From: Bacteroidaceae bacterium
Lineage (GTDB): Bacteria > Bacteroidota > Bacteroidia > Bacteroidales > Bacteroidaceae
Length of the DNA: 64,000 nt
Direction of reading: 5' to 3'
Assembly: GCA_017481875.1 (NCBI GenBank)
Contig: JAFUOP010000005.1
Location: 26,892-90,891 of the forward strand
The notes under the pieces were generated by a model, which saw nothing but the letters and a program-made list of their open reading frames with translations, did not search any database and was not told the origin of the DNA. Position numbers and translations under genes: made by a program. Below are positions 18,760-28,116 of this stretch, piece after piece (within the stretch, counting starts at the first letter, position 1; the number at the start of each line of letters is the position of its first letter).

Positions 18760-19797
18760 ATGAACACAGACAAAAGAACCGAAATTGCAAAGCTTGGCAA
18801 ATTCGGCCTCATAGAACACCTGACACAAGGCATAGCCCCCTCCAACAAGGAAACCCTTCTTGGAGTGGGCGACGATGCCGCAGTACTACATTTTAACGAT
18901 GGCGAGGACACCCTGCTTGCAACCAAGCTGTTTATGGAAGGCATAAACTTCGACCTCACCTATTTTCCATTGGAGCACTTGGGCTACAAAGTGGCTATGG
19001 CAACCTTTTCTAGCATTTACGCTATGAACGGCACTCCCAAACAACTGACGATTTCACTAGCTGTAAGCAAGAAACTTTGCATAGAGGACACTGAAGATTT
19101 CTACGAAGGCGTTAAACTCGCTTGCAAGAACCACAATGTAGATATTGCAGGTACAGAAATCACAGCATCGCTAACAGGCCTTGCCATAAGCACTACCGTA
19201 ACGGGCACTGCACCCAAGGGAGCAAGTGTAAAACGCAGCGGGGCAAAAGAGACCGACCTCATTTGTGTTACAGGCAACCTGGGTGCTGCATACATGGGCT
19301 TGCAACTGCTTGAACGCGAGAAGATTGCCACTGAGGGCTATGAGATTCAGCCCGATTTTTCGGGAAAAGAATATATCCTTGAACGCCAGCTAAAACCCGA
19401 GGCACGCAAAGAGGTGATAGAGAGATTGCGCGAAGAGAACATTCACCCCACATCTATGATAAGCGTTACTGACGGCCTCTCATCGGAACTTATGCACATA
19501 TGCAAGCAGAGTGGCAGCGGCTGCCGCATTTACGAGGAGCGCATACCCATAGACTACCAAACAGCCGTTATGGCCGAGGAGCTTAACCTCAATGTCATAA
19601 CCTGTGCGCTCAACGGTGGCGACGACCACGAACTGCTATTCACCGTTCCCATTGCCGACCACGAAAAGGTTGCAGCAATAAAGAATGTGCACATTATCGG
19701 GTATGTAGTAAACAAAGATATGGGGCTTGCACTTATAACCCGCGACGGTGTGGAGATGGAGTTAAAAGCGCAAGGCTGGGTGCAGAACAACAAATAA
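18760..19797 (+). CDS. thiL: Thiamine-monophosphate kinase
   Basis: 345 aa in the AIR-synthase-related fold family, with GVGDDAAVL near the N-terminus and DGLSSEL. Confidence 0.88.
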   Translation: MNTDKRTEIAKLGKFGLIEHLTQGIAPSNKETLLGVGDDAAVLHFNDGEDTLLATKLFMEGINFDLTYFPLEHLGYKVAMATFSSIYAMNGTPKQLTISLAVSKKLCIEDTEDFYEGVKLACKNHNVDIAGTEITASLTGLAISTTVTGTAPKGASVKRSGAKETDLICVTGNLGAAYMGLQLLEREKIATEGYEIQPDFSGKEYILERQLKPEARKEVIERLREENIHPTSMISVTDGLSSELMHICKQSGSGCRIYEERIPIDYQTAVMAEELNLNVITCALNGGDDHELLFTVPIADHEKVAAIKNVHIIGYVVNKDMGLALITRDGVEMELKAQGWVQNNK

Positions 19798-19800
19798 GCA

Positions 19801-20019
19801 ATGATACTGCACAATATTATACAAACAATATTTGTAATCGCAGGTATCACTGCCATAGCAGCCGCAATGTTCAACTGGGAGTGGTTCTTCACTGCTCGCA
19901 ATGCCGAGTTTGTGGTAAAGCGGCTGGGCCGCACCAATAGCAGAATTCTCTATGGCATTGCCGGCGTGCTGTTTATTACTGCGGCGGTATATTTTTATTA
20001 CCGTATAAAGAATATATGA
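19801..20019 (+). CDS. Small two-transmembrane protein resembling the Imm17 immunity-protein family
   Basis: 72 aa with two hydrophobic helices separated by NWEWFF, a WxW motif between the helices as I recall the Imm17 family definition. It starts 3 nt after the thiL stop. Confidence 0.5.
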   Translation: MILHNIIQTIFVIAGITAIAAAMFNWEWFFTARNAEFVVKRLGRTNSRILYGIAGVLFITAAVYFYYRIKNI

Positions 20020-20040
20020 TATATAAGTAAGATAAATAAT

Positions 20041-20074
20041 AAAAAAAACGAGCAATGCATTGCTCGTTTTTTTT
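20041..20074. terminator. Bidirectional rho-independent terminator between the Imm17-like gene and mrp
   Basis: aaaaaaaacgagcaa-tgca-ttgctcgtttttttt, a perfect palindrome with 8-nt A and T tracts. Confidence 0.8.
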
Positions 20075-20075
20075 A

Positions 20076-21182
20076 TTATTTATGTGTCCCCACTATTTTC
20101 GTTTCAGGCAACTCAGTATTGCGCCTGTTCACATTTTCCACCAACGACGCAGCCACCTGCATAAAGGCCTGCCCGTCGGGTGTTTCCTGCCTCATTGCAA
20201 TGGGAATGCCGGCGTCGCCACTCTCACAAATGCTCTGTACAAGAGGTATTTGCCCTATCAACGGAATATTGAACGCCTCGGCCATACGCTTGCCACCCTC
20301 CTTACCAAATATATAATACTTGTTACCGGGGAGCTCTGCGGGGGTAAACCAAGCCATATTTTCAACCACGCCCAAAATGGGCACACCCACTTTCTCATTT
20401 GTAAACATATTCACACCCTTAATGGCGGCAGCCAAAGAGACTTCTTGCGGGGTTGTTACAACAACTGCTCCGGTAATTGCAAGACTCTGTACTATTGTAA
20501 GGTGTATATCACTTGTGCCGGGAGGCAGGTCTATAAGGAAGTAATCGAGTTCTCCCCAATTGGCATCGGCAATAAGTTGCTTGAGTGCATTGCTTGCCAT
20601 AGAGCCACGCCACAGAATTGCCTGGTCGGGATCTACAAAAAAGCCTATCGACAATATCTTAACCCCATACTTCTCAATGGGTTGTATGAGGTCGCGGCCA
20701 CCTATGTTTTCGCTATAAGGACGTGCATCTTCCACGCTGAACATCTTAGGAATTGAAGGGCCGAATATATCGGCGTCGAGCAGGCCCACTTTGTAGCCAA
20801 GGCGTGCAAGTGCTATTGCCAAGTTGGCCGACACGGTAGATTTACCCACACCGCCCTTGCCCGAAGAAACAGCAATCACATTTTTCACTTGTGGGAGAAA
20901 GTTGCCCACCTCGGGGCGTGCAACCTGGCGGGAGACTACAGATATATTACCCACAATATCCACCTCCTTGCCCACGTATGTGAGAATAGCCGTTTCGGCC
21001 GATTTTACCACAGAGCGTATAAAAGGGTCGGTGGGTTTTTCGAATATAAGCGAAAAAGAGACCTTATTGCCATCGATGCGTATGTTGTCATCGACCATTT
21101 CAGCCTCAACAAGGTTTTTCCCGTTACCCGGGTAGCGCACTTTGGTGAGTGCGTCTAATATAAGTTTGGGATATAATGCCAT
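20076..21182 (-). CDS. mrp: Mrp/NBP35/ApbC-family iron-sulfur cluster carrier ATPase
   Basis: 368 aa. An N-terminal DUF59-like domain is followed by the deviant Walker A motif [10 protein letters not shown]. Confidence 0.9.
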   Translation of the reverse strand: MALYPKLILDALTKVRYPGNGKNLVEAEMVDDNIRIDGNKVSFSLIFEKPTDPFIRSVVKSAETAILTYVGKEVDIVGNISVVSRQVARPEVGNFLPQVKNVIAVSSGKGGVGKSTVSANLAIALARLGYKVGLLDADIFGPSIPKMFSVEDARPYSENIGGRDLIQPIEKYGVKILSIGFFVDPDQAILWRGSMASNALKQLIADANWGELDYFLIDLPPGTSDIHLTIVQSLAITGAVVVTTPQEVSLAAAIKGVNMFTNEKVGVPILGVVENMAWFTPAELPGNKYYIFGKEGGKRMAEAFNIPLIGQIPLVQSICESGDAGIPIAMRQETPDGQAFMQVAASLVENVNRRNTELPETKIVGTHK

Positions 21183-21188
21183 AGGAAT

Positions 21189-21491
21189 TTAAATTTCGTA
21201 ATCAACGTCAGCACGCAACTCGCACACCTCCTTGCAATAGGCTGCCACAGCCTTGTGCGCGGGGTGCACTTTGTAGCGGTTAAGAGCTTCTGCGTTCTCA
21301 AAAGTTGATATAAGCACTGCATCATAAGCACTCTCTGAGGGGTTGTTGTTCACACCCACCTCCATAGAGATAATTTCGGGCACCACACCCACAAGAGCCT
21401 CAAGGTGCTCCTTCATATACTGCGCGTGCTGTACACGGCTCTTTCCTTGTGCGCCTTCCACAAAACGCCACATTACTATATGTTTAAGCAT
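21189..21491 (-). CDS. Dabb-family (stress-responsive alpha/beta barrel) protein
   Basis: 100 aa starting MLKHIVMWRF, with HPAHKAV near the C-terminus, both typical of Dabb domains. Confidence 0.75.
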   Translation of the reverse strand: MLKHIVMWRFVEGAQGKSRVQHAQYMKEHLEALVGVVPEIISMEVGVNNNPSESAYDAVLISTFENAEALNRYKVHPAHKAVAAYCKEVCELRADVDYEI

Positions 21492-21497
21492 AACTTT

Positions 21498-22256
21498 TTA
21501 TTTACTTGTCTGCAGGCTACTGCGCTTGCTGCGGTTGTAGCTGCGGTATTCATCTAATTCTATCTCCACATCGGGCTCAACAAAAGAGGTTTTCCCCGCA
21601 AGCCCGAATGATATATATTTAATTGTGAGCCCACGCTCAAGCCATTGCGATTCATAGTATGTGCGAATGGAAAGAATGTCGCTCACGCTCTCCTGTGCAT
21701 AAACATCGCTTATGCACTCCTTCACCGGCAGGGCGTTCACCTCGGTTACATATTTTGTATAGGTGAACATAAAGTTACTGTCGGTTTTAAGGTGCACCAC
21801 TGCATCGGAGGCAAGAATATTGCTGTAGCGTTGCAGGAAGAGCGACGATGTAAGACGCTTGGTGAATTTCTTCATCTGCGGGTCGGGGAACGTGAGCCAT
21901 ATCTCACTTACCTCGCCTGCCGCAAAAAAGTGGTCTATTATTTCTATTGTCGTGCGCAGGAAGCCCACATTGGTGAGGTTGTTGTTCAGGGCATCGGTGG
22001 CACCGGTCCACATACGCGCCCCTTTTATATCAACACCAATAAAGTTCTTTTCGGGGAAACGACGGGCAAGGGCCACGGTATATTCACCACGGCCGCAACC
22101 AAGCTCCAGCACAATGGGATTGTCGTTCTTGAAAAAATCCCTGCCCCAATGCCCCTTCATTTCAAAGGGGCGTGCATCGCGCACCGAAAAATGGTGCTCC
22201 ACCACATTGGGGTATTGCGCCATGTCGGCAAATTTCTTCAGTTTTCCTTTACCCAT
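21498..22256 (-). CDS. trmB: tRNA (guanine46-N7)-methyltransferase
   Basis: 252 aa with the SAM motif [11 protein letters not shown] and FPDPQMKK. Confidence 0.88.
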   Translation of the reverse strand: MGKGKLKKFADMAQYPNVVEHHFSVRDARPFEMKGHWGRDFFKNDNPIVLELGCGRGEYTVALARRFPEKNFIGVDIKGARMWTGATDALNNNLTNVGFLRTTIEIIDHFFAAGEVSEIWLTFPDPQMKKFTKRLTSSLFLQRYSNILASDAVVHLKTDSNFMFTYTKYVTEVNALPVKECISDVYAQESVSDILSIRTYYESQWLERGLTIKYISFGLAGKTSFVEPDVEIELDEYRSYNRSKRSSLQTSK

Positions 22257-22265
22257 AGCAACCTG

Positions 22266-22877
22266 TCAAGCAACAATTTCACTCCCGCACTCACTCTTCA
22301 AGTCCTCGTAGAAGAGAGCCAAAGCCCTTGAAATATACGGGTTTATCCACAGGAAACCAATACCAAGCGACAATATTCCTAAAATATACCAGCCAATAAA
22401 CGAGAGTATCAACAGAAAATAATCCATTTTGTGCCCCTCCATCATAGCCATACTGCGCTCTATCGCCCCATTGTAAGTGAGCGAGGGCTCATCGCGCAGA
22501 ATATAGACTGTCTGCGAATAAGAGATGGACTTTACAATACCGGGAATAACAAGCAGCAACGACCACAAGAATATATAAAGACACATAAGCAGGTAAGTAC
22601 CTGTAATGCGCAGATAGTCGTTATAGCCTTCGAACAACGCCTGCACATCGAATGCCTTGCCGCTGCGTAGGTTATCGAGGAAGGTTACATTGTACGAATA
22701 GGTAACCGGCGCTGTGAGCAGAACTGTTACCAACGAACTGCCTAATGCCAATGCCCCGTCTATCACCCCTGCTATGCAAGCAATAACAAAGTAAACCAAT
22801 GTAAAAACAGCCACCGAGCCCCAATTTCCGCTCAACGAATTCCACGCAGCTTCTCTGTAAGCAGATAAAGTTTTCAT
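22266..22877 (-). CDS. DUF975-family integral membrane protein
   Basis: 203 aa with multiple transmembrane segments. The N-terminus AYREAAWNSLSGNWG is typical of DUF975. Confidence 0.7.
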   Translation of the reverse strand: MKTLSAYREAAWNSLSGNWGSVAVFTLVYFVIACIAGVIDGALALGSSLVTVLLTAPVTYSYNVTFLDNLRSGKAFDVQALFEGYNDYLRITGTYLLMCLYIFLWSLLLVIPGIVKSISYSQTVYILRDEPSLTYNGAIERSMAMMEGHKMDYFLLILSFIGWYILGILSLGIGFLWINPYISRALALFYEDLKSECGSEIVA

Positions 22878-22887
22878 ATTATATTTA

Positions 22888-23910
22888 TTAAATATCCAAC
22901 ACCGTTACCCAGCCATACTTGTCGGGCTCGTCGCCATACTGTATTGAACGCAAGTGTTCATACAATTTTGTGCACACGGGCCCGGGCTTACCATCTTTTG
23001 AGAAAACATAAGAACGGCCTGTCTCAAGGTCGTCTATGCGCTCAATGGGCGAGATAACCGCCGCAGTACCGCAAGCACCGGCCTCCTCGAATGTAGATAA
23101 CTCCTCTTCGGGAATGGGGCGTACCTCTATTGTCATACCCATATCCTTGGCTATCTGCTGCAGGCTGCGGTTGGTGATAGAGGGCAGAATAGATGTAGAA
23201 AGAGGTGTTACGTATGTATTGTTCTTTATACCAATAAAGTTGGCAGCACCGCACTCGTCTATATATTTTTTCTCCTTTGCATCGAGGTAGAACTCGCAAG
23301 AGTAGCCCTTCTCGTGTGCCAATTGGTTGGCACGGAGGCTGGCAGCATAGTTACCACCCACCTTGTATTTACCGGTTCCAAGCGGAGCCGAACGGTCGTA
23401 TTCACGAATGATGACATAGGGGTTTGTAGAGAAACCACCCTTAAAGTAGGGGCCCACGGGAGTAACAAATATAATAAACAGATACTCCGATGCCGGGTGA
23501 ACACCCACCTGAGCACTTGTGCCAATGAGCAAAGGACGAATGTAAAGCGAAGCACCGCTTTCATAGGGCGGAATATAATCCTTGTTAAGTTCCACCACCT
23601 TGGTAACCATTTCACGGAACATCTCCACGCTCACCTGCGGCATAAGAATACCATCGCAAGTACTCTGCAAACGCTCGGCATTGGCTTCGAGGCGGAAGAT
23701 TCTCACCTTGCCATCTTTTCCACGGAAAGCCTTGAGTCCCTCAAAAGCCTCCTGGCCGTAGTGCAAGCAGGTTGCAGCCATATGCATATTAATATATTCG
23801 TCGGAGCAAACCTCCATTTCACCCCAAGCTCCGTTGCGATAGTAACAACGAACATTATAGTCGGTTTTTCTATACCCGAACCCAATGTTTGACCAATCCA
23901 ATTCTTTCAT
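22888..23910 (-). CDS. ilvE: Branched-chain amino acid aminotransferase
   Basis: 340 aa in PLP fold type IV, with YGQEAFEGLKAFR, GTGKYKVGGNYAASL and GACGTAAVISPI. Confidence 0.92.
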   Translation of the reverse strand: MKELDWSNIGFGYRKTDYNVRCYYRNGAWGEMEVCSDEYINMHMAATCLHYGQEAFEGLKAFRGKDGKVRIFRLEANAERLQSTCDGILMPQVSVEMFREMVTKVVELNKDYIPPYESGASLYIRPLLIGTSAQVGVHPASEYLFIIFVTPVGPYFKGGFSTNPYVIIREYDRSAPLGTGKYKVGGNYAASLRANQLAHEKGYSCEFYLDAKEKKYIDECGAANFIGIKNNTYVTPLSTSILPSITNRSLQQIAKDMGMTIEVRPIPEEELSTFEEAGACGTAAVISPIERIDDLETGRSYVFSKDGKPGPVCTKLYEHLRSIQYGDEPDKYGWVTVLDI

Positions 23911-23988
23911 ATTTTGTTATTTTATATCTTTTATCAATATTGTCATTGTGCAAAACGGCACACAATCGCAGCCCATCTTGCAGTCTTG

Positions 23989-23996
23989 CAAAGATA
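23989..23996 (-). promoter_or_regulatory. -7 promoter box TATCTTTG (minus strand) upstream of ilvE
   Basis: The reverse complement of caaagata is TATCTTTG, 79 nt upstream of the ilvE ATG. Confidence 0.4.
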
Positions 23997-24150
23997 AACA
24001 TAAATACCAAGAAACCACCCCTTTTTAGCCAAAAAACTTCGAAACCAATATTTTAACACTATTTAACTTTTCGGGGGGTAAATTGAGACCTTTTGATTAC
24101 TTTTACGAAAATTTTGTAAAAATAGCATTAACTTCATATAGATAATTACA

Positions 24151-26439
24151 ATGAAAAAGACTTACTTAAAACAACTATTCACGGCATTGTTGTTGTTGTT
24201 GCTGTGCAGCATAGTTGCAACCGCCAAAGATTTTGAAGCCGGCGGAATCGCTTACAACATCACTGATGCCACAAATTTAACAGTAGAGGTAACTTACACA
24301 GGTCCCAGTCCTAATATTGGCAATAGATACAGAGGTGCCGTTACAATCCCCGCAAGCGTTACTTACAATGAAACCACTTACAGCGTAACTACAATAGGAT
24401 CTGATGCGTTCGCCCGTTGCTCCGGGCTCACAAGCATTACTATACCAAATAGCGTAATAAGCATTGGAGGAAGAGCGTTCTACGGTTGCTCCAGACTCAC
24501 TAACATTGAAATCCCCAATAGCGTAACAAGCATTGGAGGCAGTGCGTTCAGCGGTTGCGGGCTCACAAGCATTACTATACCAAATAGCGTAACTACAATA
24601 GGTTATGCTACGTTTATGTATTGCACCGTCCTCACAAACATTACTATACCAAATAGCGTAACAAGCATTGGAGGCAGTGCGTTCGAGAATTGCACCGGAC
24701 TCACTAACATTACTATACCAAATGGCGTAACAAGCATAGAAGAAAGTGCGTTCGAGAATTGCACCGGACTCACAAGCATTACTATACCAAATAGCGTAAC
24801 AAGCATTGAAGGCTATGCGTTCAGCGGTTGCACCGGACTCACTAACATTACTATACCAAATGGCGTAACAAGCATTGGAGAAAGAGTGTTCAGAGGTTGC
24901 ACCGGACTCACAAGCATTACTATACCAAATAGCGTAACAAGCATAGAAGAAAGTGCGTTCTACGGTTGCACCGGATTCACAAACATTACTATACCAAATA
25001 GCGTAACAAGCATTGGAGGCTATGCGTTCAGCGGTTGCACCGGATTCACAAACATTACTATACCAAATAGCGTAACAAGCATTGGAGAAAGTGCGTTCAG
25101 CGGTTGCACCGGACTCACTAACATTACTATACCAAGCAGCGTAACAAGCATTGGACGAAATGCGTTCCAGTATTGCAGTAGTCTCACAAGCATAGAAATC
25201 CCTAATGGCGTAACAAGCATTGAAGGCTATGCGTTCAGCGGTTGCACCGGACTCACTAACATTACTATACCAAATGGCGTAACAAGCATTGGAGGCCGTG
25301 CGTTCGAGGATTGCACCGGACTCACAAGCATTACTATACCAAGCAGCGTAACAAGCATTGGATACGGTGCATTCAGCGGTTGCACCGGATTCACAAACAT
25401 TACTATACCAAATAGCGTAACAAGCATAGGAGAAAGTGCGTTCAGCGGTTGCACCGGACTCACTAACATTACTATACCAAGCAGCGTAACAAGCATTGGA
25501 GGCAATGCGTTCGTAGGTTGCACTGCATTAAGGGAGCTGCGCATTGAAGATGGAGACAGCACATTGTCATTGGGATATAATTCCATAGGCGGCCTATTCT
25601 ACGATTGTCCATTAGAAACCCTCTATTTAGGGCGGAATTTATCGTATAACACAAGCTTTAGCTGTGGAGTTTCTCCTTTTTATAAGGTGGCCACACTCAA
25701 GAATGTTACAATAGGCAACAGCGTAACAATTATTAAAGAATATATATTCCATAGTTGCAGCGGTATCACAAGCATTGAAATTCCGGGCAGCGTAACAACT
25801 ATTGGAGAATATGCGTTCCAATATAACGACCTGCACGAGGTACATATCCCCGCAGGTGTAACAAGTATAGGATATTATGCTTTCACGTGGAATGTTAATC
25901 TGCAAAAAATCACTATGGACAGAGACAATGAGGTCTATAATATTCCCGACAACAGCAACATAATAATGAAAGGCGATAGTGTGATATTTGGTTGGCAAGG
26001 TGCAGTTATACCCGAATATGCCACCTGCATCGACAATGGCGCGTTTAACAGCGTAAAAGGAATTACATCCATAACTATTCCCGCAGGCGTAACCCAAATT
26101 GGAGAATGGGCCTTTGAGGCTTGCAGCGACCTTGCCGGGATTTACTGTTTATCGGCAACTCCTGCAACAGCTTACTCCACCACATTCCGAGGATTATATG
26201 AAGCTGTAACTCTATATGTACCCATCGGTGCATCGGCAGCATACCAGACAGCCGACTATTGGAAGGATTTTACAAACATCGTGGAGATGGACTTTACCGG
26301 CATAGAAGATATTGAGGCCGATGGCGACAACGCCTTACACGGTGTGAAAGATACCTATTACGACCTAAACGGCCGCTATGTGAGCGAGCCCGCAAAGGGC
26401 GTTTACATACGCAACGGCAAGAAAGTATATGTAGAATGA
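24151..26439 (+). CDS. BspA-type leucine-rich repeat surface protein with a T9SS C-terminal sorting domain
   Basis: 762 aa. A signal peptide is followed by about 16 near-identical 23-aa LRRs (CTGLTNITIPNSVTSIGxxAFxG) and several degenerate ones. The C-terminal end YYDLNGRYVSEPAKGVYIRNGKKVYVE is typical of a T9SS CTD. Confidence 0.88.
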   Translation: MKKTYLKQLFTALLLLLLCSIVATAKDFEAGGIAYNITDATNLTVEVTYTGPSPNIGNRYRGAVTIPASVTYNETTYSVTTIGSDAFARCSGLTSITIPNSVISIGGRAFYGCSRLTNIEIPNSVTSIGGSAFSGCGLTSITIPNSVTTIGYATFMYCTVLTNITIPNSVTSIGGSAFENCTGLTNITIPNGVTSIEESAFENCTGLTSITIPNSVTSIEGYAFSGCTGLTNITIPNGVTSIGERVFRGCTGLTSITIPNSVTSIEESAFYGCTGFTNITIPNSVTSIGGYAFSGCTGFTNITIPNSVTSIGESAFSGCTGLTNITIPSSVTSIGRNAFQYCSSLTSIEIPNGVTSIEGYAFSGCTGLTNITIPNGVTSIGGRAFEDCTGLTSITIPSSVTSIGYGAFSGCTGFTNITIPNSVTSIGESAFSGCTGLTNITIPSSVTSIGGNAFVGCTALRELRIEDGDSTLSLGYNSIGGLFYDCPLETLYLGRNLSYNTSFSCGVSPFYKVATLKNVTIGNSVTIIKEYIFHSCSGITSIEIPGSVTTIGEYAFQYNDLHEVHIPAGVTSIGYYAFTWNVNLQKITMDRDNEVYNIPDNSNIIMKGDSVIFGWQGAVIPEYATCIDNGAFNSVKGITSITIPAGVTQIGEWAFEACSDLAGIYCLSATPATAYSTTFRGLYEAVTLYVPIGASAAYQTADYWKDFTNIVEMDFTGIEDIEADGDNALHGVKDTYYDLNGRYVSEPAKGVYIRNGKKVYVE
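24421..25521 (+). repeat. Tandem array of 16 units of 69 bp (one unit is 66 bp), in frame within the LRR gene
   Basis: I aligned the units directly. An 87-bp perfect repeat occurs at 24794-24880 and 25208-25294. A repeat of about 130 bp with 2 mismatches starts at 25027 and 25372. Confidence 0.95.
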
Positions 26440-26563
26440 TACAATGCCATTAGAGCAAGGAAGATGACTAAAAAGTGTATTTGGTTCCCCAAATTTGGCT
26501 TCACTCGCAGTAAAACATTAAAGTAAACTTTATGTTTCGCTCGTTTGCACAAATTTTTTGCGT

Positions 26564-26571
26564 TACGTTTG
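26564..26571 (+). promoter_or_regulatory. Orphan -7 promoter-like box TACGTTTG with no downstream plus-strand gene
   Basis: Exact TAnnTTTG match. A TTTG lies 16 nt upstream, which is shorter than the usual spacing. The only plus-strand feature downstream is the hairpin at 26664-26695. Confidence 0.2.
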
Positions 26572-26663
26572 CCTTCAAAATCCTCATTTACGCTTAGTAA
26601 ACTGCGGTTTTTCAGGCTGCGCAAGCCTTAAACTACATCTTTTTATTCATCTCCCTGCAAAAT

Positions 26664-26695
26664 GAGGCAGCTAAAAAGTAATTTTTAGCTGCCTC
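26664..26695. terminator. Hairpin terminator downstream of xseB (minus strand); it could also end plus-strand transcripts
   Basis: gaggcagctaaaaa-gtaa-tttttagctgcctc, a 14-bp stem. The minus strand continues with atttt. Confidence 0.65.
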
Positions 26696-26717
26696 TTGCA
26701 TATAACGGCAAGCGAAT

Positions 26718-26924
26718 TTACTCCTCAGCCATATTCTGCAAAAGAGCCTTTACTTCTTCATCAACCTTATACAATTTATTTTTACAAAATTTGATGATTT
26801 CATCGGCCTCTTTCAGAACCCCGGCAAGGCTGTCGATATCCAATGCCCCACTCTGAATACTATTCATTATCTCCTCCAAACGAGCCATTGCCTGAGCATA
26901 ACTCATATTATTATTTTCATTCAT
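26718..26924 (-). CDS. xseB: Exodeoxyribonuclease VII small subunit
   Basis: 68 aa starting MNENNNMSYAQAMARLEEIMNSIQSGALDIDSL. It begins 10 nt after the xseA stop. The ORF-track 129-aa version is an overlap artefact. An alternative start lies at 26948. Confidence 0.85.
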   Translation of the reverse strand: MNENNNMSYAQAMARLEEIMNSIQSGALDIDSLAGVLKEADEIIKFCKNKLYKVDEEVKALLQNMAEE

Positions 26925-26934
26925 AAGCAATATA

Positions 26935-28116
26935 CTATTTATTTTCATCGACAATACTTGTAAAACTGCCACCGGCAACAGTGGTTTCCACCTGTGTGCC
27001 GGGCGGCACGTCGGCAAGAGAGCGCACAGCCTTGCCACCCACGCGGGTGATGCTGTACCCCATTGCAAGCACACGGGCGGGCGATGCTGTTGCAGCACTC
27101 TGCTCAAACAAACTGAGCTTGTGTTGCTGTTGTTGCAGGTAAAGTGCGGTAAACACGGGCAAGCGTTGCAGCAGTGTGTTTATGCGCAGTTTCTGCACAT
27201 CTATGGCATTATTGACAGCCGTGGCTATCGCCCGGCTCGCATCTTCCAATGTCGCCGCCTGTGCCGCCACCGCACGAATGAGCAACTCGGCAGCTGCGGT
27301 AGGAGTTTTTACACTTGTGTGGGCCACTGCGTCGAGCAAGGTTTCGTCGCGTTTGTGCCCTATACCTGTGATAATGGGCAGAGGGAATTGTGCACAATTA
27401 TTGGCAAGGTCATAGGTATCGAAACAGGAGAGGTCGCTCGTGGCACCACCGCCGCGAATTATCACAACCACGTCCCAAGAGTCGACATTCTGAGCAATTC
27501 TATCGAGGGCTGCTATAATCCCCTGCTCCACTTTACTGCCTTGCATGGGTGCGGGGAAGAGTGCGGGGTAAAAAACAAAACCATAGGGGTTTTTTATAAG
27601 TTGGTCGCAAAAATCGCCATAACCCGCTGCATAGGAGGAGGATATAACCGCCACGCGCTGTGGCAGCAAAGGGAAAGAGAGCTCTTTGTTGAGTTCCATT
27701 ACCCCCTCGCGCAAAAGGCGTTCAAGAATAGCCTTGCGCTGCCTTGCCGCTTCGCCTATGGTATAAGAGGGCTCTATGTCGCACACGTCAAGCGAATAGC
27801 CGTAGAGCTCGTGAAAAACAACCGTAACCTTCAACAACACCTTCAGCCCCATTGCAAACGGCACACCGGTCTGCTCAAGGAAATAGGGCTTCAAAAGAGA
27901 ATATATACGTGCCCACACTGTGCCACGCGCCTTTGCCACAGGCTCATTGGTAACAGAGTCGCGCTCTACAAGCTCTATGTAACAATGCCCGGCGGTTGTT
28001 TCGCGCACCTCGCTAAGCTCGCCCACCACCCAACAGGCTGTGGGGAAACCCTGCGCAAGCGCACCGCGCACAAGGTTATTGAGCGCGAAAAGAGTAAGCG
28101 GTTCATCAGTCATCAT
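26935..28116 (-). CDS. xseA: Exodeoxyribonuclease VII large subunit
   Basis: 393 aa with an N-terminal OB fold ([19 protein letters not shown]) and [11 protein letters not shown]. Confidence 0.92.
   Translation of the reverse strand: MMTDEPLTLFALNNLVRGALAQGFPTACWVVGELSEVRETTAGHCYIELVERDSVTNEPVAKARGTVWARIYSLLKPYFLEQTGVPFAMGLKVLLKVTVVFHELYGYSLDVCDIEPSYTIGEAARQRKAILERLLREGVMELNKELSFPLLPQRVAVISSSYAAGYGDFCDQLIKNPYGFVFYPALFPAPMQGSKVEQGIIAALDRIAQNVDSWDVVVIIRGGGATSDLSCFDTYDLANNCAQFPLPIITGIGHKRDETLLDAVAHTSVKTPTAAAELLIRAVAAQAATLEDASRAIATAVNNAIDVQKLRINTLLQRLPVFTALYLQQQQHKLSLFEQSAATASPARVLAMGYSITRVGGKAVRSLADVPPGTQVETTVAGGSFTSIVDENK

Noticed and set aside
24421-25521. Regularly spaced 69-bp repeats that could superficially resemble a CRISPR array.
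   Set aside because: There are no unique spacers, because the units are directly contiguous. The whole array is one open reading frame encoding 23-aa LRR units. No cas genes or leader sequence are present.
24603-25586. Minus-strand repeat ORFs inside the LRR gene (MLVTLFGIVMLVSPVQ... series).
   Set aside because: They are the reverse-complement reading of the LRR tandem repeat. Their periodicity is inherited from the plus-strand gene.
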